Source: Eledone cirrhosa
Taxonomy: Eukaryota
Assembly (NCBI GenBank): GCA_964016885.1
Contig: OZ024760.1
Coordinates: forward strand, 25,730,001 to 25,794,000
Reading direction: 5' to 3'
DNA length: 64,000 bases
Below the pieces are notes generated by a model that searched no databases, was not told where the DNA came from, and was given only the letters and a program-made list of their open reading frames with translations. Position 1 is the stretch's first letter. Each line of letters starts with the position of its first letter. This document shows positions 59,611-64,000 of this stretch, in pieces. Made by a program: the position numbers and the translations under genes.

Positions 59611-59677
59611 TAGCGAAGGAAATGTGGTAAGGAACCAGGTGGACCATAACGCACCAAGGGGTCTTACTGGTTCCTAT
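59611..59677. mobile_element. Family E tail joined to an inverted short arm
   Basis: Tail (-) to ~59657, then ggggtcttactggttcctat (+). Confidence 0.7.
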
Positions 59678-59724
59678 ATATATATAGATATATATATATA
59701 GATATATATATATATATATATATT

Positions 59725-59785
<61 letters not shown>

Positions 59786-59849
59786 ATATATTTGTATATA
59801 TGTACATACAGTTATGAATGTATATATATTTGTATATATGTACATATAG

Positions 59850-59991
<142 letters not shown>

Positions 59992-59998
59992 TTCTATG

Positions 59999-60137
59999 TA
60001 ACGAAGGAATTGTGGTAAGGAAGCAAATGGACCTTACCGCACCAAAGTACTCAATACTTAGTGTAGTAGAGTGGGTAATAGGAACAAGTATGACCCCGAC
60101 GGCAGAGCTCTGCCGTCGGGGTCATACTTGTTCCTAT
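59999..60137. mobile_element. Family E fold-back
   Basis: Perfect 30-bp arms centred on gagctc (60107/60108). Confidence 0.85.
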
Positions 60138-60284
60138 ATTTATATATATATATGTATATATATATATGTATATATATTTATATATATATATGTATATATG
60201 TTTATATATATATGTATATACATTTATATATATATAATGTATATATATATGTTAATTTGTACATATACATATATATGTGTGTGT

Positions 60285-60343
<59 letters not shown>

Positions 60344-60372
60344 CATATGTGTGTGTGTGTAGGTGTGTGCGT

Positions 60373-60406
<34 letters not shown>

Positions 60407-60862
60407 AAATGAATCCAGTCACACTCATGTTTAATAAACGTTCACCTATTTTCTGGACTCTAGGCACTTTCTTAATCCCTCTCTCTCTCTCTCTCTACCC
60501 CGCTCACACTCTCTCTCTCTTTCCCTCTCTCACTATCTATCTATCTATCTCTCTATCTTTCTCTCCCTCTCCCTCCCACTTATTACAACTGCTTACTTAA
60601 TTCCTTCCTTTTCACTTCCTCTTCCGCCCTGTTTATAGCTTCACCTAGTTTCGGCTGTCCACTTCCGGTGACCTAGTTTCGGCTGTCCACTTCCGCTATA
60701 ACTGTAAAATGATCATTTCACCGGATGTAGCCATACGATACACATCCGTTCTTTAATTTGTTATATTCTTCTAACAGTGTCCTCCATGCCCTTTTTTCCT
60801 CAATTTTTCGATGAAGGATTTACACGGAAACTACAGACCCTTTTTCATTTTCATTTAATTCG

Positions 60863-60906
<44 letters not shown>

Positions 60907-60987
60907 GCATATATATACATATATACATACACGCACAAATACACTTTTAATATACGCACGCATGTGTGTATGAGTATATACTCACTC

Positions 60988-61395
60988 TTACTTGCAAAGG
61001 GTAATAAATACATTTCTACACAGATATAGGAAGGTTTTATACAGTTTCTGTTTACAAGCCGAAATTGTCTCAGATGTTTTGTTTAAGATTTGATCATTGG
61101 CGTAGAGTATTTCCAGGGCTTCGGCGGTGCAAAGATCACACGTTCTTTTGTTTCCATTATACGATCTATCTTTAGCTAGGATCTCCCAGTGTAACCTATA
61201 TCAGGTGTTGTTATCCTTTAGATTCCAAATATTGGCCGAAATTGTCGTCATGCTCCTTCTTAAAGGGTAATGAAATAAATGGGTGTGCATGTATACACGC
61301 TTCCTGAATCTATTGGCAGTTAGCCATATGTAGGCCCTAATAGACGTGGGTGTGTCGATCTTACATTTGTAGACTATATAACTGCCTATACAGAC
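60988..61395 (-). pseudogene. GIY-YIG endonuclease domain of a Penelope-like element (5'-truncated, one in-frame TGA)
   Basis: Manual translation: CIGSYIVYKCKIDTPTSIRAYIWLTANRFRKRVYMH..TISANIWNLKDNNT*YRLHWEILAKDRSYNGNKRTCDLCTAEALEIL..ILNKTSETISACKQK. Confidence 0.8.
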
Positions 61396-61396
61396 A

Positions 61397-61510
61397 GCTG
61401 AGCCCCTGCCGTTAGCTGTTGAAACGGCAGGGGCTCAGCCGTTGGGGTCGCGAATCCTTCATATTAACCACTCGACTGCCCCAAGTATCAAGTACTCTGA
61501 TTAGTAATGG
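61397..61510 (+). mobile_element. Inverted pseudo-LTR (family E-like) abutting the GIY-YIG fragment
   Basis: GAAACGGC..ctcaGCCGTtggggtc..ccactc.actgccccaagtat.aagtact resembles family E. Confidence 0.7.
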
Positions 61511-61588
61511 TATAATTCTGATTTATATATATACATCTTTAAATATATATATATATATAATGTATATATAAATATATATTTATATATG

Positions 61589-61688
<100 letters not shown>

Positions 61689-61820
61689 TATATACACATA
61701 TATATATATATCTCTCTATACATTTTCTATACCTTTCATTTATATATATATATATATATATATAACCACATATATTTTTCCCTTTCTTTTCCTCATTATT
61801 TGTTTCTCTTTCTGTTCAAA

Positions 61821-62002
61821 TAATTGTTTCTACTTTTGGCACAAGGCCAGCAATTACCCAGTACATTACTGGTACTTTATTTTATCGACCCCGGAAGGAT
61901 GAAAGGCAAAGTTAACCTCGGCGGGATTTGAACTCAGATCATACAGGGAGGTAACTCTCTGCTTCAAAGCATGGCGTCCGACCCTCTACCGATACTGCCA
62001 AT
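61821..62002 (-). mobile_element. tRNA-derived SINE
   Basis: Consensus match. Confidence 0.9.
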
Positions 62003-62021
62003 ATAATGTATAATATATACA

Positions 62022-62062
<41 letters not shown>

Positions 62063-62533
62063 GTAAGTGTATACATATATATGCCTAAGTGTGTGTCTGT
62101 GTCTGTGTGTCTATGTGTGTGTATGTGGCTGTGTGTATCTTTGTGTGTGTGTGTGTGTGTGTATGCGTATGTGTGTGTATGAGTTCGATGTTGAATCATT
62201 GTTCCCGCCACTAATTAGAAGGTTTCGCCGTGAACTCTACTACAGGCGACACAGCAATCAATAGTTGAACTTGGTTCACGGAATAGAGGTTTCGGGAAAC
62301 AATCTATTGAAATGTCTATACACACACACACACTCACACACATACACATACACACCCACACATACATATACTCACACATTTCCATATATATGTGTGTGTT
62401 TGTGTAATTGTATATATATTTTTATATATTTATATATATATATATATGTATATACATTTATGTATATACATATATATATTTATATATACATATAGAGATA
62501 TATACATATATAGATATATATACATATATATAT

Positions 62534-62611
<78 letters not shown>

Positions 62612-62614
<3 letters not shown>

Positions 62615-62880
62615 GCTATCCAAGGAAAACTCCAACCGTTAAGGTATGTTCCTTGGCTATGTCAAAATTTATAAAAGACTCTTTGTATTTTATCTGATGA
62701 AAGCGTACCAAAGTTTTTGTACCCTTGAAATATATATAATAGAATAAATATGGTTTTATAAATATAGTTTCCATTTATTTAATATCATTGAATATTATAC
62801 TCCAGAAAAACTGTCGAGTGCTCTGAATCAGTTATAAACATTTATATTTGTTGAATTACTCACAAATTGAATATCCCTTC
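62612..62880 (+). mobile_element. Family F single arm with hammerhead at 62686-62746
   Basis: tattttat CTGATGA aag.gtac..gtacc ctt GAAA tatata TA| atagaata. Confidence 0.7.
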
Positions 62881-62882
62881 TG

Positions 62883-62982
<100 letters not shown>

Positions 62983-63540
62983 AATATGATAATAATGGAG
63001 CTGCGGCGTTGCAAATGGGTTACATATGAAAAAGTAAGTCCTTCATCAGTGGTCCTCCAACCGTCCTAGGCATTTCATCGCTTTAAGGGCCATATACCTC
63101 AGGTTGGTGCGAACAACGGCTAAAAAAAGTCGTTGGGACACGTAAATAAAGGGGACGTTAGGGTGAACAAACAAAATGGTTTAAGCAACAGAAAGTGAGA
63201 AGAAAGAGACAAGTCCCAGATTTCTATGAATATAAACTCGGTGAAATCGTGAACGAGAGAATAAAGACCATCAAACCTGGTTGAAATATTGAAAGGATGA
63301 CAAGGATGACTGGTTACTCCTTCATTACATTTATTGGTAGGTGACGCGCGTTTCGCCACTGATCAGCTCAAAATTCGATCTGTATCGATCCTACCCGACT
63401 CAATGATCGGCAGCTCGACGGACCCTTTAAAATGGTATAAGAAAATGAATACATGCTATGTGATAAAATCAGAAGTTCATAAGTTGTACAATATGAGTTG
63501 TTTTGATTGGTGTAAAAGATCATAGGGATGTATTGGCCTG

Positions 63541-64000
63541 AAGTGTATGTGGGGCTGCATGTGATGATAAGATGGTGGTGACGGTGGCTGGCTGCGGTGG
63601 GCTGTGGTGTGGGAGGTGGCGGATTGACTTTCGCCTGTAGTGTATGTGGGGGTGGATGTGATGATAAGATGGTGGTGACGGTGGCTGGCTGCGATGGGCT
63701 GTCGTGTGGGGGGCGGATTGACTTTCGCCTGTAGTGTGTATGTGGGGGTGGATGTGATGATAAGATGTTGGTGACGGTGGCTGGCTGCGATGGGCTTTGG
63801 TGTGGGGGTGGCGGATTGACTTTCGCCTGTAGTGTATGTGGGGGTGGATGTGATGATAAGATGGTGGTGACGGTGGCTGGCTGCGATGGGCTGTGGTGTG
63901 GGGGGGGGCGGATTGACTTTCGCCTGTAGTGTGTATGTGGGGGTGGATGTGATGATAAGATGTTGGTGACGGTCGCTGACTGGGATGGGTTGTGATGGGG
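63541..64000. repeat. ~96-bp G-rich minisatellite running off the window edge
   Basis: ggattgactttcgcc at 63621, 63715, 63813 and 63910. Confidence 0.9.

Noticed and set aside
61201-61203. In-frame TGA as selenocysteine (as in some Naiad PLEs)
   Set aside because: It is not at an evident Cys position, the copy has other decay (YIW for YIG), and no SECIS was recognised.
63541-64000. Regularly spaced repeat array
   Set aside because: Whole units are repeated with no variable spacers, so it is a minisatellite.

Overview
Eukaryotic, AT-rich, repeat-saturated DNA with no intact host coding exon. It is most likely a coleoid cephalopod (octopus-like), inferred from the SINE repertoire and microsatellite load. 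Nearly all long ORFs in the track are translations of (TA)n, (CA)n, (CAC)n or (GTT)n repeats. Recognisable elements are: about 15 copies of a tRNA-derived SINE with a Deu/Nin-type core; 3' fragments of RTE, Dong/R4, CR1-type and Tx1-type LINEs; a hAT MITE with an 8-bp TSD; a Tc1/mariner remnant; and a 610-bp TG..CA element. The dominant unannotated signal is at least 12 families of short elements sitting in (TA)n tracts. Many are asymmetric fold-backs (long arm plus tail, inverted short arm ending at a family-fixed site). About 20 type I hammerhead ribozyme motifs (CUGANGA..GAAA..UH, palindromic stem III), intact or degenerate, occur in these elements and in other TA-flanked inserts. A decayed GIY-YIG endonuclease (60988-61395, minus strand, absent from the ORF track) is joined to one such inverted arm, which ties the system to Penelope-like retroelements (PLEs). 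Separately, a strong recursive-splice-site motif (polypyrimidine-CAG|GTAAGT) at 50400/50401 suggests the window is inside a very long + strand intron. All calls are by eye; family letters A-N are my own labels, and ribozyme activity is untested.
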